Part shown: positions 19,008 through 27,933 of the stretch, piece after piece
Layout: the number at the start of each line of letters is the position of its first letter
Position numbering within the stretch: the first letter of the stretch is position 1
Assembly (NCBI GenBank): GCA_905212545.1
Contig: CAJMEW010000001.1
Coordinates: 21,345-85,344, forward strand
Reading direction: 5' to 3'
DNA: 64,000 nt
DNA from: an uncultured Collinsella sp.
Lineage (GTDB): Bacteria > Actinomycetota > Coriobacteriia > Coriobacteriales > Coriobacteriaceae
Position numbers and translations under genes: made by a program
Notes under the pieces: generated by a model
What the model was told of the DNA's origin: nothing
Database searches by the model: none
Seen by the model: only the letters and a program-made list of their open reading frames with translations

Positions 19008-20447
19008 ATGTCTGATAATTGTACGGTCGCGCCCGCCAATGGGCGCATTACCGGTACCCAGATCCGCATCGTCGCGGTCGTCGTCCTGGGTGCCTTCTTG
19101 GCGCTACTGAACCAAACGGTGATGTCGCCTGCGCTGCCGGTCATCATGTCCGATTTCGCCACCGATGCCTCGACTGCCCAGTGGATCATGTCCATATACC
19201 CGCTGGTGAGCGGCATCATGGTCCCCGTTTCGGCGTTCCTTATCGACAAGTTCAGCACCCGCGCGCTATTCTTCGGGGCGACGCTGGTGTTCGCGCTGGG
19301 CACGCTGCTGTGCGCCGCAGCCCCTGATTTCCTGTTCCTCATCATCGGTCGCGTGTTGCAAGCGGCGGGCTCAGGCGTGCTCATGCCGCTTGTCTCGGTG
19401 GTTCCCATGCTGGTGTTCCCCGTCGAGAAACGAGGAACGGCTATGGGCATGGCGGGCATCGTCATGTCGGCGGGTCCCGCGGTCGGCCCCGTCGTAGGCG
19501 GCGCGGTGATCGACACGTACGGCTGGCGCACCATGATCGGCGCCATCGTCCCCCTCGCAATTCTCGTGCTGGTGCTGGGCGTGTTCATGCTGAAAAACGT
19601 GGGCGAGCTGAAGAACCCCAAGCTCGACCTGCCCTCGGTCGTCCTCTCCACCATCGCCTTCGGCGGACTTCTCTACGGGTTCTCGAGCGCCTCGTCGATG
19701 GGTTGGGGCAACCCCGTGGTGCTCGGCTCGATCGTCGCGGGTGTCGTGTGCTTGGTGCTGTTCGTCGTACGCCAGGGCAAAATCGAGGACCCGCTGCTTC
19801 AACTGGGCACGCTCAAGACGCGCGAGTTCCGCGTGGCCGCCATCATCGTCACGCTCATCAACGCCGCATGCCTGGTCACCAACACGCTGTTGCCGTTGCT
19901 GCTGCAAACCTCGCTTGGCGCTTCGGCCTTCGAAACCGGCATGGCCATGCTTCCCGCCGCGGCGGTGGGCATCATCATCAGCCCTATCTCCGGCGTGGTG
20001 TTCGACAAGTTCGGTCCGCGTGCCATCTCGATCGTCGGCCTGGCCCTCATGACCGGCGCCCTGTTCCTGCTCTCGCTTTCGACGGTAAACACGCCCATCT
20101 TGGTGGTTGCGCTGTTCTGCATGCTGCAGTCCGCCGGCCAGTCGCTCGCGAACATGCCGGTGAACACATGGGGTGTCAATGCCTTGAAAAATGACATGAT
20201 CGCCCACGGCAACGCCATCGCGAACACCGGCCGCCAGGTCGCCGGCGGTTTGTGCACGGCGCTCATCATCACGGTCATGACAAGCGTCACCGCGTCGGCC
20301 GGCGTCGATGCGAGCATCCAAGTAGCCACCGCCGTGGGCGCGGGCGTCGCTTACAAGGTGTGCGCGGCAATCGGCCTCGTTTCCCTTATCTGCGCCATAT
20401 TCAGCGTGCGCACCAAGAAAACCGCACCGAAAACGAAGGAGGCATAA
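19008..20447 (+). CDS. MFS transporter, DHA2 (EmrB/QacA-like, 14-TM) drug:H+ antiporter family
   Basis: 479 aa. LALLNQTVMSPALPVIMSDF N-terminus and motif-A-like GRVLQAAG. GAAGGAAG RBS. Confidence 0.8.
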   Translation: MSDNCTVAPANGRITGTQIRIVAVVVLGAFLALLNQTVMSPALPVIMSDFATDASTAQWIMSIYPLVSGIMVPVSAFLIDKFSTRALFFGATLVFALGTLLCAAAPDFLFLIIGRVLQAAGSGVLMPLVSVVPMLVFPVEKRGTAMGMAGIVMSAGPAVGPVVGGAVIDTYGWRTMIGAIVPLAILVLVLGVFMLKNVGELKNPKLDLPSVVLSTIAFGGLLYGFSSASSMGWGNPVVLGSIVAGVVCLVLFVVRQGKIEDPLLQLGTLKTREFRVAAIIVTLINAACLVTNTLLPLLLQTSLGASAFETGMAMLPAAAVGIIISPISGVVFDKFGPRAISIVGLALMTGALFLLSLSTVNTPILVVALFCMLQSAGQSLANMPVNTWGVNALKNDMIAHGNAIANTGRQVAGGLCTALIITVMTSVTASAGVDASIQVATAVGAGVAYKVCAAIGLVSLICAIFSVRTKKTAPKTKEA

Positions 20448-20450
20448 GCG

Positions 20451-20957
20451 ATGTCCGAGATTCTGTCCGAGCGCATCCCGCTCGAGCTCGAGGGGACGCC
20501 CGTTTCGAGCATCATGATTGAAGAGCCGTTCACCTGCACGCAGGATTGCACGATTTCCGACGTGGTGCGCATGCTCGCCGAAAACGAGGTGAGCAGCATG
20601 CCCGTAATCGATGAGCGCAACCAGGTGGTCGGGTTCATCTCCGACGGCGATGTCATGGGAGCCATCGCGCAGCATCGCGCTCACACCATCTTCACGGGCG
20701 GCGACGCGTCCATGCTGTACTTCGACGATCAGAGCCTTGAGCAGCGCATCGAAGACCTGAAGGATCGCTGCGTCATGGATTTCGCGACGCGCCAGGTAGT
20801 GTGTGCCCGTCCCGAGCAGAGCATCGCCCGCGTCGCCGCGCTGCTGGCGAAGAAGAAGTTCAAGAAGCTTCCTGTGGTTGATGACGAGGGCAAACTCGTG
20901 GGGGTCATCCGCCGCTCCGCCATCACCAAATACATCTTCGGCATCCTTTTCCAATAG
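20451..20957 (+). CDS. CBS-domain pair protein
   Basis: Two CBS repeats (VSSMPVIDERNQVVGFISDGDVM and KKLPVVDDEGKLVGVIRRSAI). Begins 4 nt after the MFS gene, so likely co-transcribed. Confidence 0.7.
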   Translation: MSEILSERIPLELEGTPVSSIMIEEPFTCTQDCTISDVVRMLAENEVSSMPVIDERNQVVGFISDGDVMGAIAQHRAHTIFTGGDASMLYFDDQSLEQRIEDLKDRCVMDFATRQVVCARPEQSIARVAALLAKKKFKKLPVVDDEGKLVGVIRRSAITKYIFGILFQ

Positions 20958-21131
20958 GGGCAGGTCGCACTTGAGGCGAACATCTCGAGGCATCGAGCCA
21001 GCAACTGGACTAGACAACCTTGACACGCACGCGCTTTCCCTCGATGCTTCGGTAAGGGGAGCTGCGAAAATCGCAGCACGGGTGATCGGCGCCGCGCCCC
21101 CGAAGGCAAAAGCGAACACGGGAGCGATACG

Positions 21132-21440
21132 ATGGGAAAAGTCCTGGACGAAGATTTGGTTTATGAGATTCTCTCCGTCGTGGCAGAGATTCCGGCGGGA
21201 TGCGTCGCCTCGTACGGTCAGATAGCGCGCCTCATCGGCAGGGAGAAAAACTCTCGCCTGGTCGGAGCGGTGCTGAGCGAGGCGGATCGCTACGGCGATT
21301 ATCCCTGCCACCGCGTCGTCAACCACGCGGGACGCCTCGCGCCAAACTTCCCCGACCAGCGAGCACTACTGACGGAGGAAGGAGTCGCCTTCCGAGACAA
21401 CGGCTGCGTCGACATGAAAAAGCACCAGTGGAACGAGTAG
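21132..21440 (+). CDS. MGMT-family (methylated-DNA-protein-cysteine methyltransferase DNA-binding domain) protein
   Basis: 102 aa stand-alone C-terminal Ogt-like domain with PCHRVV active-site motif and HTH (YGQIARLIG). Confidence 0.6.
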   Translation: MGKVLDEDLVYEILSVVAEIPAGCVASYGQIARLIGREKNSRLVGAVLSEADRYGDYPCHRVVNHAGRLAPNFPDQRALLTEEGVAFRDNGCVDMKKHQWNE

Positions 21441-21657
21441 CCAGGCAGCGTAGCGTCGAAAGGAGCGACGCCACGGGGAACGACCTGCGCCCCGCCGCCG
21501 GACAACCTATGGCAAAGTGACACGTCCCACAAAGAGCGGCGCACCAGTACGAGACACGACCGCGACGTAAAAAGACCCTATGATACTCGTAAGCATCTAT
21601 CTGATTGCCCGCCTCGAGGTACCCAAAGAACGAGAGATGCCGAAACCCCTAGACAAA

Positions 21658-21689
21658 GAAAAAGGTCGGGAGCTTTTATGCTTCCGACC
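21658..21689 (-). terminator. Rho-independent terminator of the (former) tRNA-Met gene
   Basis: On the minus strand: GGTCGGAAGC-ataaaa-GCTCCCGACC followed by TTTTT, immediately 3' of the tRNA fragment. Confidence 0.6.
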
Positions 21690-21699
21690 TGAAGTTTCA

Positions 21700-21744
21700 T
21701 GGTCGCGGGGGGCGGATTTGAACCACCGACCTTCGGGTTATGAG
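21700..21744 (-). other. 3' half of a tRNA-Met(CAU) gene (anticodon loop to CCA, 45 nt) with no 5' half: integration attachment-site remnant
   Basis: Minus strand reads CTCATAACCCGAAGGTCGGTGGTTCAAATCCGCCCCCCGCGACCA (CAU anticodon loop, T-arm GGTTCAAATCC, acceptor 3' strand, CCA). No matching acceptor 5' strand (TCGCGGGG), D-arm, or anticodon-stem 5' strand upstream. Confidence 0.65.
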
Positions 21745-22025
21745 GTCGCTACGACGTTGTTTCATTCAGACATTTCGACCCAAATTGAAGTCAATATAAC
21801 TCCAGGTCATTTGATGTTTTCATAGATTTACGAAAGAAAAGTACGCGGAATAATTCGACCCAAATTCGACCCACAACGAGCTTGAAAGCGGTCAGGCGGA
21901 GCATTACCCTTGGGGTGTGACCCCACGCAGGGCCCACCACCAAGGGTAATGCCCACCCGCCCCAGCCCTTTGCGCCATTCCGCGCAACCGAGCGCGATTC
22001 TCAGGCACTTCAGGCAAGGAACACG

Positions 22026-22658
22026 ATGAACGACCGACCTCTCGTCATAGGCAAAGGAACGAAGCAACGCCGCGACAAATACACGTGGCGCTACCGTCAC
22101 AGCCTCGGCAAGGATCCGGTCACGGGCAAATACCGCTATTCGCCGTGGCAGACCATACATACCACCAAAAGCCGAGAGGTCGACGCCGCACTCGAAGCCT
22201 ACAAGGCAGAACTCAACAGCGGCACCTACGTCCAAAAATCGAGGGACACCGTCGGCTCGTACGCAAAAAAGTTCCACGACAACCGCGAAGGAACCATCAC
22301 GCCGCTCGCCTACTCGACATCCTACTCAATCGAGAACCGGACGCGCACATCACATGCGTGATGCTCATGCTCGACACCGACATGAGAAGGGCAGAAGCCC
22401 TCGGGATGACGTGGTCCGATGTCTCCGTCGAGAACAGAAGCATCCTCATTGAGCAGCAGTTCGCGGCCGATCGAAGCGTTCGCTCGCCCAAAAGCAAGAA
22501 AAGCGTGCGGAGGATCTCGATAAGCGAGACGCTGACGTCGTATCTCGAATTCTGGAAAAAGGAGCAGGCCCGCGAAATGGAAGCCTTCGGCCTGGAACAA
22601 GTCAAAGGCACTCCGCTCGTCCACTCATTCGAACGAACGAAAGACAGGCATCCCCAAG
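22026..22658 (+). pseudogene. Tyrosine recombinase (phage/ICE integrase) remnant, frameshifted and C-terminally truncated
   Basis: Arm-binding N-domain in one frame (YTWRYRHSLGKDPVTGKYRYSPWQTIHTTKSREVDAALEAYKAEL). The start of the catalytic domain, with the first conserved Arg, is in another frame (DMRRAEALGMTWSDVSVENRSILIEQQF...PKSKKSVRRISISETL). No HxxRHT...Y motif follows. Confidence 0.6.
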
Positions 22659-23467
22659 TCAACTTCATGGACCTGAATGGGTTTTCGCGCTGGTTCAGAA
22701 ACTTCAGCGTCGAGAACGGGTTCGGCAAGTTCGAAGGCGTTCGAACATACCATTATGTGAAGGAAACTGTCGACGGGGAAACGATTTCGAAGCGTTATGA
22801 GCATAAAGAGTGGCTCGAATTGAGGGATTACCTCAGGAAGCATCCCAAGGTTCGCGAGGCGAGGCATATCAGCACATATGAGAGCGAGCACCTTCCTTAC
22901 GGATATTCGGGCCTATCGAGCCACACCGCTACTGCCGCTACTGCCCGCTACTGCCCGCCAGCTTCCGAACCAGCGGGCGGTAGCAGCACCCCGAACATCT
23001 CGCCGACAGCGCAGAGAGTCGTCGACCTGGCGGCCAAGGCCGACATCGAGGACGTGATGCTGTGCGACCTGCCCGGCGTCCTGTCCTTCCTAGGGCTGCC
23101 ACCTGAGACGGAGATGCCGCCGGGCAACAAGGGGAAGACGAAGCTCAAGAAGCTCTACAGGAAGGTGGCGCCGAACAAGGCATACCACTCCGGCGAGCGC
23201 GCCAAGGATTTGATCTCGCACCTCGACATGGCAGAGATCAGGGCATCGGCGCCCGTCCAAGAATTGGGATGCAGTTCAATACGAGCTCGGGGCTCTTTTC
23301 GTCTAGATTGGGGACGCATGGCCGGACGAAAACAATTTGCGTCTGGTAATAAGCGTACGAAAGCGCAATTTACGTCTTAATTCCGTACGCAAATCAAGAC
23401 GAAAATCGTTTACGTCTGCTTTAATCCGTACGAAAACGGTTTTCGTCTTGCAGGGCAGTTGCCGTTT

Positions 23468-24559
23468 CTACAGTTCAACTTCCAGTTCGGCTTTGTGCTC
23501 GTAGAGGTAGTCGCGCATGTAGGGGATGGCAAATGAGACCTTGCCGTACGAGGGAGCCTCGATAATCGATTCTCTTAACAGGCGGCTGCGGACGGAACTC
23601 ACCTGTTGAGGCGTTTTGTTTAGGGCATCGGCAACCATGCTGGTCGAGCTCGTCTGCCCCAAAGATGCCATGCTCAGCAGATAAGCGATGCACGTGGGCG
23701 GAATGCGCTGTAGCGCGGGCTCAATCACCATGGCACAGAAGCGTTCGCGTGCCGTTGCAATGCCGCGCTCAGCTTCTTCTTCTCCAATAATCGGTGTATG
23801 TGCGCGTCTTGCCAACTGCCATGCGTAGTATCCAACGAGTTGGATCATGAAAGGATAACCTTGCGTTGCCTCGGCAAGTTGGCCGGCAATACCTGGCTGC
23901 AACTCCATGCCAGACGCTTCAATGGTTTCCTCGAGGGAGTACGACACTTCGGTTACTGCCACAGCCTTCAGGTCAAAGGGGAGGGCACGGCGCAAAAACG
24001 TAAGTGTCTTTCCGTTGATGATGCTTTCAATCATCGAAGGCAGCCCCGCAAAAACAAAGGCGATATCAAGGTCTTCGCCGATAACCTGCTGAATCGCAAT
24101 GGAGAGCGTTCGGACCTCATCGAGCTCTGCGTCTTGAACCTCGTCGAGAGTGATGAGCAGGCCATTTTCATTCTTGGATATTGTCTGTCTCATGGCGTCG
24201 CGTAGCGATGGACCGATTCGCTCAATGTCTATGCTGCCGATGGATATGCCAGCTACGGTGGGCTCAAATCTGGCGTGTTTGGCCTGGAATTTGGGCTGCA
24301 GCTGTTCGAGAATGCGTTGGCAAAGTCCCTCGGTTGCGACCTCTTTTATGACCGTCCAGCCACGGCTTTGCGCCAAACGTGAGCACTCGTCAAGGAGGAC
24401 CGTCTTGCCCGTTCCACGGACGCCGGCTATGCGCATTAGGCGCCCCGGGGCACCAGGCCCGTTGATGAGGCCTTCATTGAATTCTTCGAGTACATCTTCG
24501 CGGCCGATAATCGTGGGGGGTGTTTTACCTGCTGTGGGCTTAAAAGGGTTTGTTTGCAT
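23468..24559 (-). CDS. AAA-family ATPase with C-terminal winged-helix domain (ORC/Cdc6-like ATP-binding protein)
   Basis: Walker A GVRGTGKT, Walker B LLITLDEVQ, C-terminal wHTH-like region. ATG 24559 is preceded by AAAGGTGG. Confidence 0.7.
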   Translation of the reverse strand: MQTNPFKPTAGKTPPTIIGREDVLEEFNEGLINGPGAPGRLMRIAGVRGTGKTVLLDECSRLAQSRGWTVIKEVATEGLCQRILEQLQPKFQAKHARFEPTVAGISIGSIDIERIGPSLRDAMRQTISKNENGLLITLDEVQDAELDEVRTLSIAIQQVIGEDLDIAFVFAGLPSMIESIINGKTLTFLRRALPFDLKAVAVTEVSYSLEETIEASGMELQPGIAGQLAEATQGYPFMIQLVGYYAWQLARRAHTPIIGEEEAERGIATARERFCAMVIEPALQRIPPTCIAYLLSMASLGQTSSTSMVADALNKTPQQVSSVRSRLLRESIIEAPSYGKVSFAIPYMRDYLYEHKAELEVEL

Positions 24560-24578
24560 GTGAGCCACCTTTGCTCAA

Positions 24579-24650
24579 GATATAGCAAGATATAGCAAAG
24601 TATAGCAAGATATAGCAAAGTATAGTGAGATATAGCAACGTATAGCGCTG
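24579..24650. repeat. Tandem 9-10 bp direct repeats (rTATAGCAAr) x7, iteron-like
   Basis: gatatagcaa gatatagcaaa gtatagcaa gatatagcaaa gtatagtga gatatagcaac gtatagcgctg. Located 20 bp upstream of the ATPase start codon. Confidence 0.85.
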
Positions 24651-24672
24651 TTTGCGGGTTCTTACGGTGGTG

Positions 24673-25353
24673 CTATTTCCTGAATGCCGCGCGCACAAAG
24701 CGCTGAGCGAACAGCTTATTAGCGATGTTGATGACATGGCCCAAGAACAGCGCCGAGATGGCGGTGGTCACGCCAAAGCCGCCCAGGTTGTGCATGAGCG
24801 CGAGCGACAGAACGAGAGACACGGCGACATGCGAGCAGTCGAACACGACTTTTACGTCGCCAAAGCGGCGTTTAATCTTTTCGGCAATGACCTGCACCAG
24901 GCCGTCGGGCGCGTTGGGGACAACGCCCATGTTGACGACGAGACTTACGCCAAATGCAGTGACAGCGAGGGAGAGCAGCATGGTCTCAACCTGTATGGGG
25001 AGTACTGCGGGATGCAGCGGGTTGACCGCCGTGAAGAAGTCGGTGAAGCCGCCGATGAGCGTTGAGAAGCACAGCTCGAGCAGGATGCGCGGCTGGAACT
25101 CGCTTCGCAAGATGGCTAATTGCGCCACGATGTAGGCGACGTAGGCCGCGGTGATCCAAAAGCCGAGCGTCTTGCCCTTGAGCATGGATAGGGTTGTGGC
25201 AAAGCACGTGAGCGCGACGACGCCCAGGCCGGATGCCGTCTGGAGACTCATACCGAGTGCCAGTACTGCAACGCCCACCAGATACATCAGCATCCCGATG
25301 ACGATATGGAACCAATCGATCTTCTCGCCATTCATGATGATGAGCGGTCGCAT
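24673..25353 (-). CDS. YczE/YyaS/YitT-family integral membrane protein
   Basis: 226 aa, 5-6 TM helices, family-like composition. Function unknown. Confidence 0.55.
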   Translation of the reverse strand: MRPLIIMNGEKIDWFHIVIGMLMYLVGVAVLALGMSLQTASGLGVVALTCFATTLSMLKGKTLGFWITAAYVAYIVAQLAILRSEFQPRILLELCFSTLIGGFTDFFTAVNPLHPAVLPIQVETMLLSLAVTAFGVSLVVNMGVVPNAPDGLVQVIAEKIKRRFGDVKVVFDCSHVAVSLVLSLALMHNLGGFGVTTAISALFLGHVINIANKLFAQRFVRAAFRK

Positions 25354-25407
25354 GTTGCTACCCGTCCTTTCGGTTGTGTGAAAAAACTGACCCGGACCGG
25401 CAAAAGA

Positions 25408-25495
25408 GGGTTATCGGAGGCACTGCTGTTAAAGCAGAAAAGCCGGCCCCACGGTCAGTTGTCTAGGAAGTGTCTCGCTGTGCCGGAATGGGACT
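25408..25495. repeat. Family-5 conserved leader element, copy A (GGTTATCGGAGGCACTGCT ... CCGGC ... CCGGAATGGGACTG)
   Basis: The 19-mer and 14-mer are identical to those at 29736-29830, with similar spacing. Lies in the 5' region of the minus-strand yitT-like gene. Confidence 0.75.
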
Positions 25496-25538
25496 GAAGG
25501 GCCAGCGAGACGGGAGGAAAGCAAATGACATTGCGTGG

Positions 25539-25625
25539 GCAATAGGATGCCAAGATGGTAGGGTGCGTCTTAGCATCCTATTGCTCACGCTCGACGAAAT
25601 CGGTTTCGTTTGAGCCTTAGTATAC
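25539..25625. promoter_or_regulatory. Family-4 module, copy A: hairpin (12-bp stem GCAATAGGATGC, 22-nt loop CAAGATGGTAGGGTGCGTCTTA), LacI-type box CGAAATCGGTTTCG (25595-25608), then TAGTATAC
   Basis: Same architecture and loop sequence as 31004-31110, but with an unrelated compensatory stem. Confidence 0.75.
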
Positions 25626-25662
25626 GCACGGGATTCTATTTGCAAAGAGAAAAACAATAAAA

Positions 25663-25677
25663 AGTGAACGTTCACCT
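25663..25677. promoter_or_regulatory. LacI-type operator AGTGAACGTTCACCT (box 3, same as uxaC operators)
   Basis: 12-bp core GTGAACGTTCAC identical to 3884-3895 and 3922-3933. Lies 165 bp upstream of the HIT-gntP2 operon. Confidence 0.6.
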
Positions 25678-25709
25678 AATCGTAACAACTCGTTGGCTGT
25701 ATCATGGCG

Positions 25710-25743
25710 GTAGTCGATACGAAACCGATTTCGTATCGACTAC
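25710..25743. promoter_or_regulatory. 34-bp near-perfect palindrome GTAGTCGATA-CGAAACCGATTTCG-TATCGACTAC (KdgR-type box with extended arms)
   Basis: The core 14-mer is the reverse complement of the CGAAATCGGTTTCG boxes at 25595 and 31079. Lies 98 bp upstream of the HIT start. Confidence 0.65.
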
Positions 25744-25840
25744 GCATGCGTTGTATCTGTCCATTATCTGGTGGTGTAAACGAGGGGTTACACCTGCCGC
25801 AAAAGCGGCATTCATCATTGTCCAGATTGAAAGGATCACC

Positions 25841-26275
25841 ATGGAACAGCATACCGATTGCTCGTACTGCATGTGCGGGACCGACAACACGCTCGTCGAT
25901 GCCTTTGGCATCCCCATGCTTGACCTGCCTGCCAGCAAGCTCATCTTGTTTAAGGAGCAGAGTCATAAGGGCCGCGTAATCGTGGCCTCCAAGCAGCACG
26001 TCGATGACATCTCCTGCATGTCCGAGGAAGACGCCGCCGCCTTTATGGCCGATGTCCGCCACGTCGCGGCAGCGCTGCACAAGGCGTTCAATCCCGACAA
26101 GATTAACTTTGGTGCCTACGGCGACACCATGCATCACCTGCACGTGCATATCGTCCCCAAGCACAAGGACGACCCGTTTGAGTTTGGCGACGTGTTTGCC
26201 ATGAACCCCGGTCGCGTCACGCTCGAGTCGGCTCAGTACGACGAGATCGCCCAGGCAATTGTCGCCAACCTGTAA
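25841..26275 (+). CDS. HIT-family (histidine triad) protein
   Basis: 144 aa with a HHLHVHIVPK histidine triad. AAAGGA RBS before ATG 25841. Confidence 0.8.
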   Translation: MEQHTDCSYCMCGTDNTLVDAFGIPMLDLPASKLILFKEQSHKGRVIVASKQHVDDISCMSEEDAAAFMADVRHVAAALHKAFNPDKINFGAYGDTMHHLHVHIVPKHKDDPFEFGDVFAMNPGRVTLESAQYDEIAQAIVANL

Positions 26276-26342
26276 GCGAGTAAAAGCGGCTATTTCGAAT
26301 AGAAGCACTTGGCTTCATTGCCAGTTAAAAAGGAGCTTATCT

Positions 26343-27677
26343 ATGAATGCGGGAGTTGTTTCACTCCTTTGGGTGCTGGTGGGCGTAGTCCTGCTGGTCG
26401 CCATGATCGTTAAGTTTAAAATCAACAGCATCATTGCGCTTATTCTTTCCGCCATTTTTATCGCCCTTGCCGACGGCATCTCTGTGGGCGACCTTGTCAC
26501 CACCATGGAAGATGGACTGGGCGGAACGCTTAAGTCGCTTGCGCTGATCATTATCTTTGGCGCAGCCATCGGAAAACTGATGACCGATTCGGGTGCCTCG
26601 CAGCAGATTGCCGACACTATCGTTGACAAGCTCGGTATTAAGCTGCTGCCTGTTGCGCTTCTGATCATCGGCGTTATCTTTGGTATGAGCATGTTCTACG
26701 AGGTGGCGTTCCTTATCGTTACGCCGCTCGTTATCAGCATCGCCAAAGAGGCCGACATCCCCTATATGCGCCTGATTATCCCGGCTGTTTCTGGTACCAC
26801 GATGGGCCATTCTCTTTTTCCGCCGCAGCCTGGTCCTATGGCGCTGGTGAGTGCCTTTGGTGCCGAGGTTCCGCCGGTCTACATCTTCGGTCTGATCGTC
26901 ACGATTCCGACACTTATCTGCTCTGGTCTTTTGCTGTGCCATTTCATCCCCGGTCTCGATGACATGCCGCTTGGCAATGTTATGAAGCCGGCGGAGCGCA
27001 GGCCCGCGGACGAGCTTCCGCCGTTCTGGCTTTCCATTCTGGTGCCGCTGTTCCCGGCAATCATCATGATTGGGGCTTCGATTATCAAGAACACGGTGGG
27101 CGAGGGTTGCTTTGCATACGATCTTGCCAGCTGCATCGGTAGCGCAGATATCACTATGCTCATCACGATGATTCTTGCCATGGTTGCGTATGGTTATACG
27201 CGCGGCATGGATGGCGGAGAGATCTCTAGCTCTATGTCCGATGCTATCAAGGGCGTCGCGAACGTGCTGCTCGTTATCGGTGCCGGCGGCATCATGAAGC
27301 AGGTCATCATTACTTCTGGCGTTGGCGCGACGCTTGCCGACATGGTGAGCCTCATGCCGGTGTCGCCGCTGATTTTGGCTTGGGTGATCACGGTGGTCCT
27401 GCGCCTACTCACCGGCCAGGGTACCGTCTCGGCCATCACCGCCGCCGGCGTCGTGGCGCCTATGGTTACGCAGTTTGGCATCAACCCGGTGCTTGCAGTA
27501 CTGGTCTGCGCCTGCGCATCCAATACCATCACGCCTATGTATGACGGCGGCTACCTGCTGTTCCAGCAGTCGTTTGGCCTGTCGATGAAGGATACCTATA
27601 AGACATGGGGCCTGTTGGAGCTCGTCAACTCCGTTGTCGGCCTCATCATGGTTCTAATCCTGAGCCTGTTTATCTAG
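26343..27677 (+). CDS. GntP-family permease (second copy)
   Basis: 444 aa. N-terminus LLWVLVGVVLLVAMIVKFKINSIIALILSAIFIALADG is paralogous to 14729-16090. AAAAGGAG RBS. Confidence 0.85.
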   Translation: MNAGVVSLLWVLVGVVLLVAMIVKFKINSIIALILSAIFIALADGISVGDLVTTMEDGLGGTLKSLALIIIFGAAIGKLMTDSGASQQIADTIVDKLGIKLLPVALLIIGVIFGMSMFYEVAFLIVTPLVISIAKEADIPYMRLIIPAVSGTTMGHSLFPPQPGPMALVSAFGAEVPPVYIFGLIVTIPTLICSGLLLCHFIPGLDDMPLGNVMKPAERRPADELPPFWLSILVPLFPAIIMIGASIIKNTVGEGCFAYDLASCIGSADITMLITMILAMVAYGYTRGMDGGEISSSMSDAIKGVANVLLVIGAGGIMKQVIITSGVGATLADMVSLMPVSPLILAWVITVVLRLLTGQGTVSAITAAGVVAPMVTQFGINPVLAVLVCACASNTITPMYDGGYLLFQQSFGLSMKDTYKTWGLLELVNSVVGLIMVLILSLFI

Positions 27678-27783
27678 GCGAGAAACGCATAAGACAAGCG
27701 TGTCTCACCGCAAGCCCGCGGACAGTTGCCTATCAAACTGTCCGCGGGCCTTTGCTTTTAATACCACCGCCATGTCGCACCCG

Positions 27784-27870
27784 CCCCCCCCATAAGTTGC
27801 GGTGGAATTGTCCCTGTTTTTGCTGCTTACGGCTTTTAGCAGGAACTATTCCACCGCAACTTATGGGGGG
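27784..27870. repeat. Family-1 hairpin repeat, copy 2 (CCCCCCCATAAGTTGCGGTGGAAT ... ATTCCACCGCAACTTATGGGGGG)
   Basis: Perfect 24-bp inverted arms including C7/G6 clamps, 39-nt loop. Lies between gntP2 and gntR2. Confidence 0.85.
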
Positions 27871-27933
27871 ACGGGGGATGCGATAGTATTGCATGGTGGT
27901 ATTCGACTAACCGAGGGTTTATCCGAGGGCTTT

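Noticed and set aside
21700-21780. Possible intact tRNA-Met on the minus strand
   Set aside because: Only the 3' 45 nt (anticodon loop to CCA) are tRNA-like. Upstream sequence provides no acceptor 5' strand, D-arm or anticodon-stem 5' strand. The sequence is called an att-site remnant instead.
22660-23380. Continuation of the integrase frame to 23380 (431-aa ORF) as a functional recombinase
   Set aside because: No HxxRHT or catalytic Tyr motif. The sequence after about 22660 has no recombinase character and contains a GCTACTGCC x3 micro-repeat. Treated as a pseudogene remnant.
24579-24650. Repeat array considered as CRISPR
   Set aside because: Units are 9-10 bp, contiguous, without spacers, and no cas genes are nearby. 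Classified as a tandem or iteron-like repeat.
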